From the NCBI GenBank assembly GCA_963847465.1, contig CAWKAF010000021.1:44134-108133 (forward strand): DNA of 64,000 nucleotides. The letters run 5' to 3'. Position 1 is the stretch's first letter. Every line of letters begins with the position of its first letter. This document shows positions 1 to 10,151 of this stretch, piece after piece. The stretch comes from an uncultured delta proteobacterium. GTDB lineage: Bacteria; Myxococcota_A; Polyangia; Polyangiales; Polyangiaceae. The notes under the pieces were generated by a model that saw nothing but the letters and a program-made list of their open reading frames with translations, was not told where the DNA came from and ran no database searches. A program made the position numbers and the translations under genes.

Positions 1-120
1 GAATGGCGCCTGAACAACCGCCTCAGCGTTCAGGGATCGTACGACAACATCAACGACGTGTCGTCGTCGGCGCTCGGCAACATCGGCGTAGATCTTCGCT
101 GGAGGCTCGAGTTCGAGTAG
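1..120 (+). CDS. 3' end of a TamB-like (DUF490, translocation/assembly module) protein; the 5' part lies outside the window
   Basis: Frame 1 is open from nt 1 and reads EWRLNNRLSVQGSYDNINDVSSSALGNIGVDLRWRLEFE, with stop TAG at 118-120. The G-x-DLRWRLEF ending and the position directly upstream of an Omp85-family gene fit TamB as I remember it. Only 39 residues are visible. Confidence 0.4.
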   Translation, partial: EWRLNNRLSVQGSYDNINDVSSSALGNIGVDLRWRLEFE

Positions 121-135
121 CTGTCATAGACGCGG

Positions 136-3100
136 ATGCGCCTGAGATACGTGGCTCTAGCTCGGGGTGATCGGCGCCTTCCCGGGCCTCGCGCACGCGC
201 AGACAGCCGTGGCGGTGACGCCCATTCCCCGGACGCCCGCCGCGGAGGCGAGGTCGCAGGTGCCCACGCTTCTTCCGCCTTTCGACTGGGGGCCGGTCGA
301 AGGCAAACCCATCGTCCGCGTGGCGGTCGTCCTCGAAGGGAACATCTGGGACGACGTGAAGGCGCCTTCGGTCCTGCGCCTCAAGGTGGGCGAGCCGCTG
401 ACCCGGACCGCGGCGCGTCAGGCTCTCGAGGAGGTGCTCGACAGCGGCCGGTTCGCGAGTGGACGGGTCACGGTGCAGGCCGAGAACGGCGGCGTCGCCG
501 TGGTGCTGCGCCTCTTGCCCCGCAAGCTCATCGAACGGCTCGACGTCGACCTGCACGGCGCTCGACTCCCCCGCGAAGAGGTGCTGCACGAGGCCGACCT
601 GTCCGACGGGGGTGAGCTCGTCGGCGCGGATGTCGACGAGGCGGCGCGCCGGATCGAGCGCTACTTCGCGCTGCACGGGTTTCCGTCGGCCAAGGCGACC
701 GTCCAAACGCGCCAGACCGACGACCCGATGCGCGCCCTCGTGCTCGTCGACGTGTCGGCCGGGACCCCCGCGGTCGATCAACGAGCGGCACTTTTACGTC
801 TTCGGCGCCAAGCCCGAGCCACTCCTCCCGGTCGCCGGCAGCTACGCGGTGGACGCCGGCGACCGCGCGGACGAGCCGGTGCTCGACCGGGCCGACGCCA
901 CGCTGGAGGCGACGTTGCACGAGAAAGGCTGGTGGCACGCGGCGGTCGTCGCACGACCTCGTGTGGGTCGGCGCCGCGGACACCGGACGGGTCGCCCTGC
1001 GCGTCCGCATCGACGCGGGGCCGCTCTTCATGGCGCGCTTCGAAGGGCAACGAGCACTACGACGGCAGACGTGCTGGGAAGCGCGCTCGGGCTCGACAAG
1101 GAGACCGACCGATCGTCGTCCCACCTGGCCGAGAAGATCCGCGCGTTCTACCAGAAGCGAGGCTTCCTCGACGCGGAGGTGCGCGCCGAGGCGCGCGGGC
1201 GCCGAGAGCGACGCCGTGCACCTCCTTGTCTTTCACGTCGACGAGCACGCGCGTGTACGCGTCGCCGGACGGAGCTATCCGTGCCTCAAGGTCGACGCCA
1301 TCAAGCACCTCGGCTCCGGCGGGCCGCGCTCGTCGTCCGGCATCGGCACGGAGATCGACAGCTACCTGGAAGAAGAGCTGCCAGGCGCCGACTTGCTGGT
1401 CGACCCCGACCCCCGCGGCGTCGGCGCGACGATCGGCGCGGGCGCCGGCCAGGTGGCCGCGGGCGCTCGCCCGGTGCCGATCGACTTGCAGCCGGACGAC
1501 ACCTACGTCGCGGACACCTACGAGCGCGCGGTCGATCACGTGCGGGAGCTCTACAAGAACGAAGGGTTCTTGCACGCCATCGTGGGCCCCGTGGGCCTCG
1601 TGCGAGCGCGCTGCGACCCTCGCTCTCCGCCGCAGGGATGCATCCCGCTCCCCCTTCCGCCGCTCCCGGAGGCCGTGTGCGGCTACGACCCCTCGGGCCT
1701 TCCCACGCCGGCCGAGCCGCTCGACCCCAAGTTCACGTGCCGGCCGGACCCCGCGCACGGCATCGAGTGCGCCCCGACCGTGCAGCTCGTCGATCCCCGT
1801 AAAGCTCGGACCGCGGACGAGCCTCTGGGACGTCGCCTTCACCGGCGTGAAGACCCAGAGCGAGAGCCAGGTCGCCGATGCGGGCAAGCTGCCGCTCGGC
1901 GAGCCGGTCAGCACGACCAAGCTCGAGGACGCCCGGCGACGCATCGTCGATTGGTACAAGGAGCTCGGCTACTACTATGTCGACGTCAAGTACGCGCTCG
2001 AGCCGTCGCCCGACAGCACCCGAGCGCGGGTGCGCTTCGACGTCGTCGAGGGCGAGCAGGTCATCGTCCGCGCCATCACGATTCGGGGACTGGACGCGAC
2101 CCGCGAGACCGTGGTCAAGCGGAGGATCGCTCTCGAGGTCGGGCAGCCGTACCGCGCCAGCGATGCCAGGAAAACCCAGGAGCGCATCGCGACGCTCGGG
2201 GTGTTCTCGAGCATCACGGTCGGGCTTAGTGACCCCTACGTCCCGCAGGCAAGCAAGACCGTCGTCATCGACGTCGTGGAGCGGCCGGGACATTACATCG
2301 AGGTTCGCCCCGGGTTTTCGACAGGCGAAGGAGTGCGCGGCACCTTCGAGTACGACGAGCGCAACATCCTGGGCTACGCGGTCGGCGCGGTCTTTCGCGC
2401 GCAGCTGTCGTACCTGCCGGATTTCCTCATCCTGGACCCGCAGGTGGCAGAGAACTATTCGCAGGTACAAGACAGGCTGGCCCGACGCATCACGCTGAGC
2501 GGTGTGTTTCCGGACATCGGCCTCGGGCCTCTCGTGCGATCCCAGCTGGACGCGATCTACGTTCGCGACCTCGAACGCGACTTCACGCTCGACAAGGTCT
2601 CGGGCGTGGGAAGCCTCATTTACCGCCCGGGGCGCGAGCTTCAGGTGACCGTCGGCCAGAGCGTCGAGGACAACAACGTTCATCTCTTCGAGTTCAACTC
2701 GCTCGCCGAATACCTCGCCTGCGAGGCGGCGCAGGGGGTAGCGACCGAGGGCCTGCAGGCGGCGCTGCGTGTCCCGGACGGCGAGAGCCTCGTCATCGCC
2801 CAGCGCCTGGCGGTCGCGTGGGATCGACGCGACGCCTCGTTCAACGCTCACAAGGGGACGTACGTCTACCTGGGAGCTGAGCTCGTGAACTCCGTGCCGG
2901 AGGGCGCGCCGATCCTCCCCACCACCAGCGCGACGGGATGCACGGTGCCCCCGGACTCTTCGGTCCTCAAGCCGGCGCCGCAGGCGTACTCGCACTTCGT
3001 GAGGCTGACCCAGACCTTCGCGGGGTACATCCCCCTCCCGTTCATCAACGGCCTGACCTTCGCCGCAGAGCTACGCCTCGGCGAGAACGTCCGGACGGCG

Positions 3101-3571
3101 GCGTGCACCGGCACGGACCCGAACAACCCCCCGCCCGCCTTCTGCACGTACCCCGATCGCCTCTTCTTCATGGGCGGCTTCGACTCGATGCGGGGCTGGC
3201 TTCAGGACACGTTCATCCCTCAGGACTACGCGGACCAAATCGCGAACCCGAAAAACCCGGGCCTCTGCACGAACTCGAGCACGAGCTGCTTCATTCCGAT
3301 CCGAGGCGGCAACCTCATGATCAACCCCCGCGTCGAGCTGCGGTTCCCGATCCACGCGCCCATCGACGCCGCGCTGTTCGCGGATTTCGGAAACCTGTGG
3401 GCCGATCCGACTTACGTCTTCAGTCATGGCCTGTCCTTCCGCGCCGACGTCGGTCCCGGGGTGCGCGTCGACACGCCGGTGGGTCCGCTCGTCTTCGACT
3501 ACGGCATCAACGTCACGCGGCGATCGTACGAAGACTTCGGCGCGTTCCACTTCGCGATCGGCCTCTTCTGA
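136..3571 (+). pseudogene. BamA/TamA (Omp85) family outer-membrane protein; as assembled it is broken by at least 7 single-base frameshifts in the first 1.7 kb
   Basis: Three frames must be spliced to read one protein. The pieces are a signal-like MRLRYVALA (ATG 136) and POTRA-like segments (ERHFYVFGAKPE, DLVWVGAADTGRVALRVRIDAGPLF, LAEKIRAFYQKRGFLDAEVRAE, VDHVRELYKNEGFLHAIV, RRRIVDWYKELGYYYVDVKY, IRGLDATRETVVKRRIALEVGQPY). From ~1800 there is an uninterrupted beta-barrel part ending FHFAIGLF-stop (terminal aromatic residue typical of OMPs). Shifts lie near 164-167 (G4), 765-769 (C5), ~950, ~1040, ~1060, ~1195 and 1795-1798 (C4). Confidence 0.8.
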
Positions 3572-3583
3572 GGACGTGGGCGC

Positions 3584-4165
3584 TCAGGGGAGCGCGCTCG
3601 CGTCGAAGAACGGGATGGGGGGAGGGCTGTGCATGTCGGTTGCCTTGACGCACGCGCTCTTCGCGCCGGCGGTGCAGGCCATCTGGTAGAGGGTCCCCGC
3701 CTTCGCGCGGTCCTCGGGCACGCCGCGGCCGTGTTCGAGCATGATGGCGAAGTTGTAGCAGCCGGCGGGCCATCCCTGGTCGCATGCGCGCTCGTAGAAC
3801 CTCGCGGCCGCGGCGTCGTTCTTCGGGACGCCGTGCGCGTATTCGTTCATCTGCCCGGCGAAGACGCACGCGGACGGGTCCTTCATGTCGCACGCCTTGA
3901 CGTAGTACGCGGTGGCCAGCGCCTCGTCCTTGTCGACGCCCTGCCCGAGGGCGTACGTGGCCGCGAGCCGCCTGCAGCGGTCGGCGGACCCGGCGTCGCA
4001 TTCCTTCGCGCACACGGCGACGTCGTCGCAGCCGCCGATCGCAGCGCCAATCGTGATGACGCTCGCCGACGGGGCCGGCGTGTCTTCCGGGGACGCATGC
4101 GAACGACCGCATGCCACGAGCGAAAGAATCGACAGGACCCCGAGCGTCACCCCGCGTCGCCGCAT
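3584..4165 (-). CDS. Sel1-like repeat (SLR) lipoprotein
   Basis: Part of ORF 3584..4207. The N-terminus MRRRGVTLGVLSILSLVAC carries a lipobox. It is followed by repeated A-x-Y-Y/F-x-x-A-C-D-x-G-x-x-x-x-C units (YYVKACDMKDPSAC, FYERACDQGWPAGC, LYQMACTAGAKSAC) typical of Sel1/Hcp-type repeats. Start chosen at ATG 4165; ATG 4189 or 4207 are also possible. Confidence 0.65.
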   Translation of the reverse strand: MRRRGVTLGVLSILSLVACGRSHASPEDTPAPSASVITIGAAIGGCDDVAVCAKECDAGSADRCRRLAATYALGQGVDKDEALATAYYVKACDMKDPSACVFAGQMNEYAHGVPKNDAAAARFYERACDQGWPAGCYNFAIMLEHGRGVPEDRAKAGTLYQMACTAGAKSACVKATDMHSPPPIPFFDASALP

Positions 4166-4737
4166 TCGGTCGCCACGATCCGGGTCCATACGTCCAACTT
4201 GGTGCACTGGAAGACGTCATAGAACGTCTGCGACCCGCTGCACATCGTCGGATTGCCTGGACAGTCCTCCCCGGGAGAATCGCAGACGACGCCCTCGTGC
4301 ACGAGCCGCGCGGCAGGGCAGGACGCAGGCGGGGCCCCGGCCTCGATGCACGTGGGCTCGGGGCATGCCCACTCGCCGGACGTGCACGTGCACGTGGCGT
4401 AGCCGGTGACCGACCCCGTCCCGCACGTGTAGATCGGTTGTGCCGACGCACAGTCGAGCCCCTCTGCGGTGCACATGGCGCCGTTCGAGATCGTCGCGGG
4501 TATGGGGCAGGGAGTACCGACCTCCGGCGCGTCCGTGGCCCCATCCTGGCTCCCGCCGTCGATCGGATTGGCGGCGTCGCCGCCATCGCCGGAGCCGGCG
4601 TCGATGGTCGATCCGTCGTCACCGACTCCCCCGTCGCCCCCCGCCCCGACGGGTGCAACGTCGAAGGCGCGACCGCCGCATCCGAACAAGAGCAGCGTGA
4701 CAGCAGCTGGCCATGTGGCCCGTCCCCGGAAGCGCAT
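4147..4737 (-). CDS. secreted Cys-rich lipoprotein, function unknown
   Basis: MRFRGRATWPAAVTLLLFGCGG (lipobox) is followed by a Gly/Asp-rich linker and then a C-terminal part with about 20 Cys. Third codon positions are G/C-rich in this frame. Confidence 0.6.
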   Translation of the reverse strand: MRFRGRATWPAAVTLLLFGCGGRAFDVAPVGAGGDGGVGDDGSTIDAGSGDGGDAANPIDGGSQDGATDAPEVGTPCPIPATISNGAMCTAEGLDCASAQPIYTCGTGSVTGYATCTCTSGEWACPEPTCIEAGAPPASCPAARLVHEGVVCDSPGEDCPGNPTMCSGSQTFYDVFQCTKLDVWTRIVATECGDAG

Positions 4738-4842
4738 CGATCCAGGTTATCGCAACCTGCGGGCCAGCGAGAGCTGCCGGGTTTACCCGCCGCTTCTGCA
4801 CCGTCTCGCGACGGGTCGAGTGTGCCAGACCGTGCCGCCCGG

Positions 4843-6042
4843 TCACCCGCGTCGCGCCGCGAGCTCGCCCCATGCGTCGGCGACCGCATCGACCACGCGA
4901 TCCTGATCGCCAGGGGCCAGCGTCGGGTAAAGGGGGAGGCTTATCGTGCGGTCCCCGATCTCTTCGGCGACGGGCAACGCGCCCCGTGGAATGGCAAGCG
5001 TCTCGGTCAGGTACGTCAAGAGGTGGATGGCCCGGTAGTTCACGGCCGTGCCGATGCCGGCGGCGCCGAGCCTCGCCAGCATCGCGTCGCGCTCTCCCGG
5101 CCAGGTGTGCAGCGTGAAGAGGTGATGGCTGCTGCGCCCGCGACGCTCGACGAGCCACGGAACGGCGTTCACCGTGGGCGCCGCGGACGTCAAGACGGCG
5201 ACGCGCTCGCGGAGGAGCGACTCGTAGCGCCGTACGACAGCCTCGCGTTGCTCGCGTTTCGCTTCGATCTGCGGAAGCTGCGGACGGAGCAGCGCGGCGT
5301 CGAGGTCCGTGAGGTTTGCCTTGTACCCGAGCTCGACCATGTCCCAGTGCTGGTAGGACCCGCCGTGGCGGTCGGAGGCGCCCTTGGTCACGCCGTGGTT
5401 GCGGAGGCGCCGCAACCGGTCGGCCACCTGCCCGTCCCGGGTGACCACGGCCCCTCCGTCGCCCGAGGTGAGGTTCTTCGTCGCGTAGAACGAGAACACC
5501 GCGGCCTCGGAGAGGTCGCCGGGGCGCACGCCGTCGCGCTCGATCTCGACGCCATGCGCGGAGTCCTCGACGATGAAGAGGCCGTGCTGGTCGGCGAGAG
5601 CTCGCAGCGCCTTCATGTCGGCGAGCTGTCCGTAGAGGTGAACGGGCAGGATCCCAACCGTGCTCGGACCGATCGCGGCGCGGACCGCCGCGGGATCGAT
5701 GAGCCCGGTGGCAGGCTCCACGTCGACGAGCTTCGGCTTCGCGCCCAGGTGCAAGATGGCGCTTGTGGTCGCGGCGAACGTCATCGGCGTCGTGATGACC
5801 TCGTCGCCAGGGCCGACGTCGAGCGCCCGCAGCGCCAAGAGAAGCCCCATCGTGCAGGCGTTCGTGCCGACCACGTGAGGCACGACGGCCCCCTCACGGC
5901 CCCGGACGAGGAAGCTTCCGAGCTCCTGCTCGAACGCCGCGACCTGCGGCCCGAGGGTCAAAAAGAGCGTGTCGAGGACCCGGCGCCAGGACGCGGCCTC
6001 ATCGGCTCCTAGCTGGTGCCGGTAGAACTCGACCCGGGGCAT
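4843..6042 (-). CDS. DegT/DnrJ/EryC1/StrS-family PLP-dependent sugar aminotransferase
   Basis: Within ORF 4843..6225, start taken at ATG 6042 (MPRVEFYRHQLG...). Family hallmarks are present: ITTPMTFAATT, IVEDSAHG and FSFYATKNLTSGDGGAVVT (the lysine in ATKN is the PLP site in this family). Confidence 0.85.
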   Translation of the reverse strand: MPRVEFYRHQLGADEAASWRRVLDTLFLTLGPQVAAFEQELGSFLVRGREGAVVPHVVGTNACTMGLLLALRALDVGPGDEVITTPMTFAATTSAILHLGAKPKLVDVEPATGLIDPAAVRAAIGPSTVGILPVHLYGQLADMKALRALADQHGLFIVEDSAHGVEIERDGVRPGDLSEAAVFSFYATKNLTSGDGGAVVTRDGQVADRLRRLRNHGVTKGASDRHGGSYQHWDMVELGYKANLTDLDAALLRPQLPQIEAKREQREAVVRRYESLLRERVAVLTSAAPTVNAVPWLVERRGRSSHHLFTLHTWPGERDAMLARLGAAGIGTAVNYRAIHLLTYLTETLAIPRGALPVAEEIGDRTISLPLYPTLAPGDQDRVVDAVADAWGELAARRG

Positions 6043-6088
6043 TGGGGGACCTTCGCTCTGCTCGGGATGATGGCAGCCGGGGCGTGTC

Positions 6089-7138
6089 CTACGAGGCGGG
6101 AGCCAGCAGCTTCCCGTCGATCGCGAGCTCGCGGTGCGCGCGTTCGGCGTCGCGCAGGAAGACGTACTGCTTGAGCGTGTACCAGCGGCGCTCGTCGGGG
6201 TCGACGACGCCTTCGCGGAGCGCACCGAGCACCTCGCGGATGCCGTCGTCGACGGTCCGCTCGGCCCGGAACGAGAGAACGCGGCGGATCTTGTCGAACG
6301 ACACGTTGTAGTCCCTCAGATCCGGATCGGTCGGCGCGTGGACGACCTCGGTCCCCGGAACGGCGTCGCGGACGCGGAACGCCAGGTTCAGGATCTGGAC
6401 GTTGTTCTCGTCGCTCCCGACGTTGAACACTTCGCCCGCGACGACGCGCGCATCGCTCGTCATCGCCAGCTCGAACGCCCGGGCGACATCGCGCACGTGG
6501 ACGAAGGGGCGCCACTGCCGGCCGCCACCGTCGACGGTGATGCGACGGTTCACGTAGGCGTTCTTGGTCATCACGTTGATGGCCAGATCGAAGCGCATGC
6601 GCGAGCTCAAGCCGAACACGGTCGCGAGGCGCAGGCAGGTGACGTCCATCGCGCCCCCGGACGAGCGACCCATGCCGAGCAGGAAGTCCTCGACCTCGGC
6701 CTTGGCCCGCGCATAGAGGGACACTGGATGGCGCACGCTCGTCTCGGTCAAGCCGGGACCCTCCCCGTGGCCGTAGACGGAGCACGACGTCGAGTACACG
6801 TAGCGCCGAACGCCTTGCTCCCGCGCGGCCGCCGCCAGTCGCTTGGCGCCGTCGACGTTCACGCTGCGCGTGAGGTCGGGCTCGAGCTCGCACGACGGAT
6901 CGTTCGAGATGCCCGAGAGGTCGATGACGGCGTCGACGGAGTGGAGCAACGACCGATCGAAGCCGCGCACGTCTCCGCGGGCGACCCGCAGCTTCTCTCC
7001 GAAGCGCCGCTCGGCGAGTCCGAGGGTGTCGCCGAAGTAGAGCCGATCGAGGACCGTGACGCGGTGCCCCTGCTCGAGGAGAAGCGGCACCAGGACGGAA
7101 CCGATGTATCCGGCCCCGCCGGCGATAAAGACGTGCAT
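6089..7138 (-). CDS. NAD-dependent epimerase/dehydratase (extended SDR) family protein
   Basis: Within ORF 6089..7324, start at ATG 7138 gives MHVFIAGGAGYIGSVLVPLLLEQGH (a Rossmann GxxGxxG) and later YARAKAE (YxxxK). It lies 46 nt upstream of the aminotransferase on the same strand, so they are a likely operon. Confidence 0.85.
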   Translation of the reverse strand: MHVFIAGGAGYIGSVLVPLLLEQGHRVTVLDRLYFGDTLGLAERRFGEKLRVARGDVRGFDRSLLHSVDAVIDLSGISNDPSCELEPDLTRSVNVDGAKRLAAAAREQGVRRYVYSTSCSVYGHGEGPGLTETSVRHPVSLYARAKAEVEDFLLGMGRSSGGAMDVTCLRLATVFGLSSRMRFDLAINVMTKNAYVNRRITVDGGGRQWRPFVHVRDVARAFELAMTSDARVVAGEVFNVGSDENNVQILNLAFRVRDAVPGTEVVHAPTDPDLRDYNVSFDKIRRVLSFRAERTVDDGIREVLGALREGVVDPDERRWYTLKQYVFLRDAERAHRELAIDGKLLAPAS

Positions 7139-7236
7139 TTGGCTCGCGCAATTAGCACGAAATGGGGGGGACGGACAGCTTACGGGCATGCGCGCAGGCG
7201 CAGGCCGACTCGTCGTACACTTCGGGACCCCAAGGC

Positions 7237-8847
7237 ATGCGCCGGCTTCTCTATCGGAACGACGGCGAGCCGCGCCTCGTCCTGCCGGGGCTCGCGGTGC
7301 TGGCCGCGACGATCGCGGTGGCATGGGCCATCGCCATGCTCGCGCGTCGGCCGCCGAGCGAGGACGAGCGCGCGGAGGCGCTGTCGCGCAGCGGGCGGTA
7401 TCGGGCGGCCGAGGTGGTCTACGTAGGCCTCTTGCGCGAACAGCCGACGGTGCCGGTCGCGCTCGAGTTTCTCAGGAACCATGATCGCGGCGCGCACGGC
7501 GACCGCGGCCAGGCCGCCAAGGACCGCGAGCGTGGGCTGATCCCCGACGAGAACGGCGGCATGCTGCCCGAAGACGCCGTCGAGAACATCCTCGCCGCTC
7601 TTCCGGACGACGTCGCGCTCGTGGCCAGATTCGTTCGCGCGAACGGCTTCGCCACGGACGAACTGCGCGGCGCGGTCGAGGCCGGCGCCAAGAGAAGACC
7701 ACCGGCCGCGTGGTGCAACCATGTCCTGGGCGCGGAGGCGCTGCGCGACGGCCACCCGGCAGAAGCCGCCGACCTCTTCGAGCGCGAGGGCACGGCCTTC
7801 CCCGACCGCGGCGAGGACGTCGACATGGCGCTCGACCTCTGGATGGATCTCGACGACTGGGACACGGTCCGCAGCCGGATGAACGACGCACAGGTCCGCG
7901 CGAGGGCTCAGCCGGGGACGAAGGCGCGCATCGCCATCCACGAGCGCGACTGGCTGGGCGCGGCGAAGTGGACGGCGCTCGGCTACAGGTCGCGGCTCGT
8001 GCCCTGGAGTCTGGCCATGAGCGGAGTGGCAGCGCTTGCCTGGGGCCTATTCTGTCTCCGTCTCGGCAAGTTCGGCGAACGTCCGGGGCTTCGGTTCGCT
8101 TTCTACGTCTCGGCCTTCGTCCTGGGGGTGCTGAGCATCGTCCCTACGGTGCTCCTCATCACGGTAGAGGAGACGAAGCTGCACCTCGTCGAGACGGGCG
8201 ACGCCGGACGAGACGTCCTCTTCTTCATCTTCGGCGTCGGACTCCGCGAGGAGGCCTCGAAGTTGCTGCTCTTCGCCGCGCTCCTGCCGGCGTTGCGCAA
8301 GTGGGGCGACAAGCTCGACGTCCTCGTGTGCGGTGCGCTCGTCGGGCTCGGCTTCGCGGCCGAGGAGAACCTCGGCTACCTCGCGAGCGGCGATCTGCAT
8401 ACCGGGCTCGGCCGCTTCCTGACGGCGAACTTCTTCCACATGGCGATGACCGGCACCCTGGCCGCCGCCCTGGACGACCTGGTCGCGAGCCCCGAGGAGA
8501 ACGCGCAGGAGTTCTCGCGCACGGCGCTCATGGTGATCGGGATGCACGGCGCGTACGATTTCCTCTTGTCGCACCAGGAGTACGGCGGCTCCTACCTCGC
8601 GATGTCGGTCTTCTTCTTTCTGACTCGCATGTTCCTGGGCGCCATCTCGCGCGCCCGGCGCCGCGTCGACCGTGGGCTCTCCATCCTTCACGCGTTCGTC
8701 TTCGCAGCCGCGGTGGTCACGGGCGTCAGCGCCGTCCATGCCTCGATCACCGTCGGCCCCATGCCTGCCGCGTCGGCGATGGCCGAAGGCCTCGTGGGAG
8801 AAGCCATCATCTTCTTCGTCTTCGTCCGCGCCCTCCGCGGGATGTGA
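7237..8847 (+). CDS. PrsW-family intramembrane protease with a large N-terminal soluble domain
   Basis: Within ORF 7162..8847, ATG 7237 (MRRLLYRNDG...). The membrane half carries the PrsW-type motifs as I recall them: REEASKLLLF (EExxK), GFAAEENLGY, FFHMAMTG and HGAYDF. Confidence 0.6.
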   Translation: MRRLLYRNDGEPRLVLPGLAVLAATIAVAWAIAMLARRPPSEDERAEALSRSGRYRAAEVVYVGLLREQPTVPVALEFLRNHDRGAHGDRGQAAKDRERGLIPDENGGMLPEDAVENILAALPDDVALVARFVRANGFATDELRGAVEAGAKRRPPAAWCNHVLGAEALRDGHPAEAADLFEREGTAFPDRGEDVDMALDLWMDLDDWDTVRSRMNDAQVRARAQPGTKARIAIHERDWLGAAKWTALGYRSRLVPWSLAMSGVAALAWGLFCLRLGKFGERPGLRFAFYVSAFVLGVLSIVPTVLLITVEETKLHLVETGDAGRDVLFFIFGVGLREEASKLLLFAALLPALRKWGDKLDVLVCGALVGLGFAAEENLGYLASGDLHTGLGRFLTANFFHMAMTGTLAAALDDLVASPEENAQEFSRTALMVIGMHGAYDFLLSHQEYGGSYLAMSVFFFLTRMFLGAISRARRRVDRGLSILHAFVFAAAVVTGVSAVHASITVGPMPAASAMAEGLVGEAIIFFVFVRALRGM

Positions 8848-8866
8848 GGTGCTACGGTGCCCGGCC

Positions 8867-10148
8867 GATGAGCACGGACACACGACCATCGCGTTCGCCT
8901 CGCCGTTTCGACGTCGTGCTCTGGGGCGCGACGGGCTTCACCGGTGAGCTCGTCGCCGAATACCTCGCCAGGACATACGGCGTGGGCGGGGGCGTGCGCT
9001 GGGCCCTCGCCGGGAGGAGCCGCGAGAAGCTCGAGAAGGTGCGGAGCTCGCTCGAAGCCATCGACGCCCGCGCGCGAACGCTGCCCCTCCTCCTCGGCGA
9101 CAGCGCCGACCGCGCATCGCTCGACGCCATCGCCCGCGACGCGCGCGTCGTCGCCAGCACCGTGGGCCCCTACGCCCTCTACGGGAAGGAGCTCGTCGCG
9201 GCGTGCGTCGAAGGGGGCACCGACTACTGCGACCTGACGGGCGAGTTCCCGTTCGTCCGCGAGATGATCGATCTGCACCACGAGCGAGCGCGCGCGACAG
9301 GATCGCGGATCGTCCATTCTTGCGGTTACGACTCCATCCCCTCGGACCTCGGCACCCTCATGGTGCAGACGTACATGCGCAACAAGCACGGAGGGCGCTG
9401 CGTCGAGGTCAAGTGCTTCGCCGGCGAGACCACGATGGCCATCAGCGGCGGGACCGCGGCCAGCATGCTCCAGCTCGTGAAGGACGCGTCGAAGAGCGGC
9501 CGCGTGCGCAAGATGCTGGCCGACCCGTACGCGCTCGACCCCGGCCGGGAGACCCGCGGTCCCGACGGGCCCGACCAGCGCGGCCCACGCTACGACGCGG
9601 ATCTCGAGCGCTGGACGGGCCCCTTCATGATGGCGGCCACGAACGCGCGCATCGTCCGCCGCACGAACGCGTTGCTCGGCTATGCGTACGGGCGCGACTT
9701 CCGGTACCGCGAGGCGATGAGCTTCCGCGCGGGCGCCAAGGGCTGGTTCACGGCGGTGGCGGCCGCGGCCGGCAACATGGGGTTCATCACGGTCGCCGCC
9801 GTACCGCCCACGCGGTGGCTGCTCGCCAAGGCGGTCTTGCCCGCGCCGGGTGAAGGGCCCTCACGCGAGAGACGTGAGAGTGGCTCGTTCGTCATGCACC
9901 TCGTCGGCATCGGCGAGACCTCGAACGGATCGGCGCCGACGAGGGTGTTCGGCACGGTGAGAGGGGCCCAGGACCCCGGCTACGGGGCGACCTCGAGGAT
10001 GCTCGGTGAGTCCGCCGTATGCCTCGCGCTCGACGGAGAAATCCCGCCTACCGGCGGAGTGCTGACGCCCGGCGCCTGCATGGGCATGCGCCTCGTCGAG
10101 CGGCTGCGCGGCGCGGGCATGACGTTCGAGGCGAGCGAGACCCGCTGA
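8867..10148 (+). CDS. saccharopine dehydrogenase-like NAD(P)-binding oxidoreductase
   Basis: ATG 8867 inside ORF 7710..10148. The N-terminus FDVVLWGATGFTGELVAEYLAR is a Rossmann motif, and the length (426 aa) and overall sequence fit the Sacchrp_dh family. Confidence 0.75.
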
Positions 10149-10151
10149 CGC

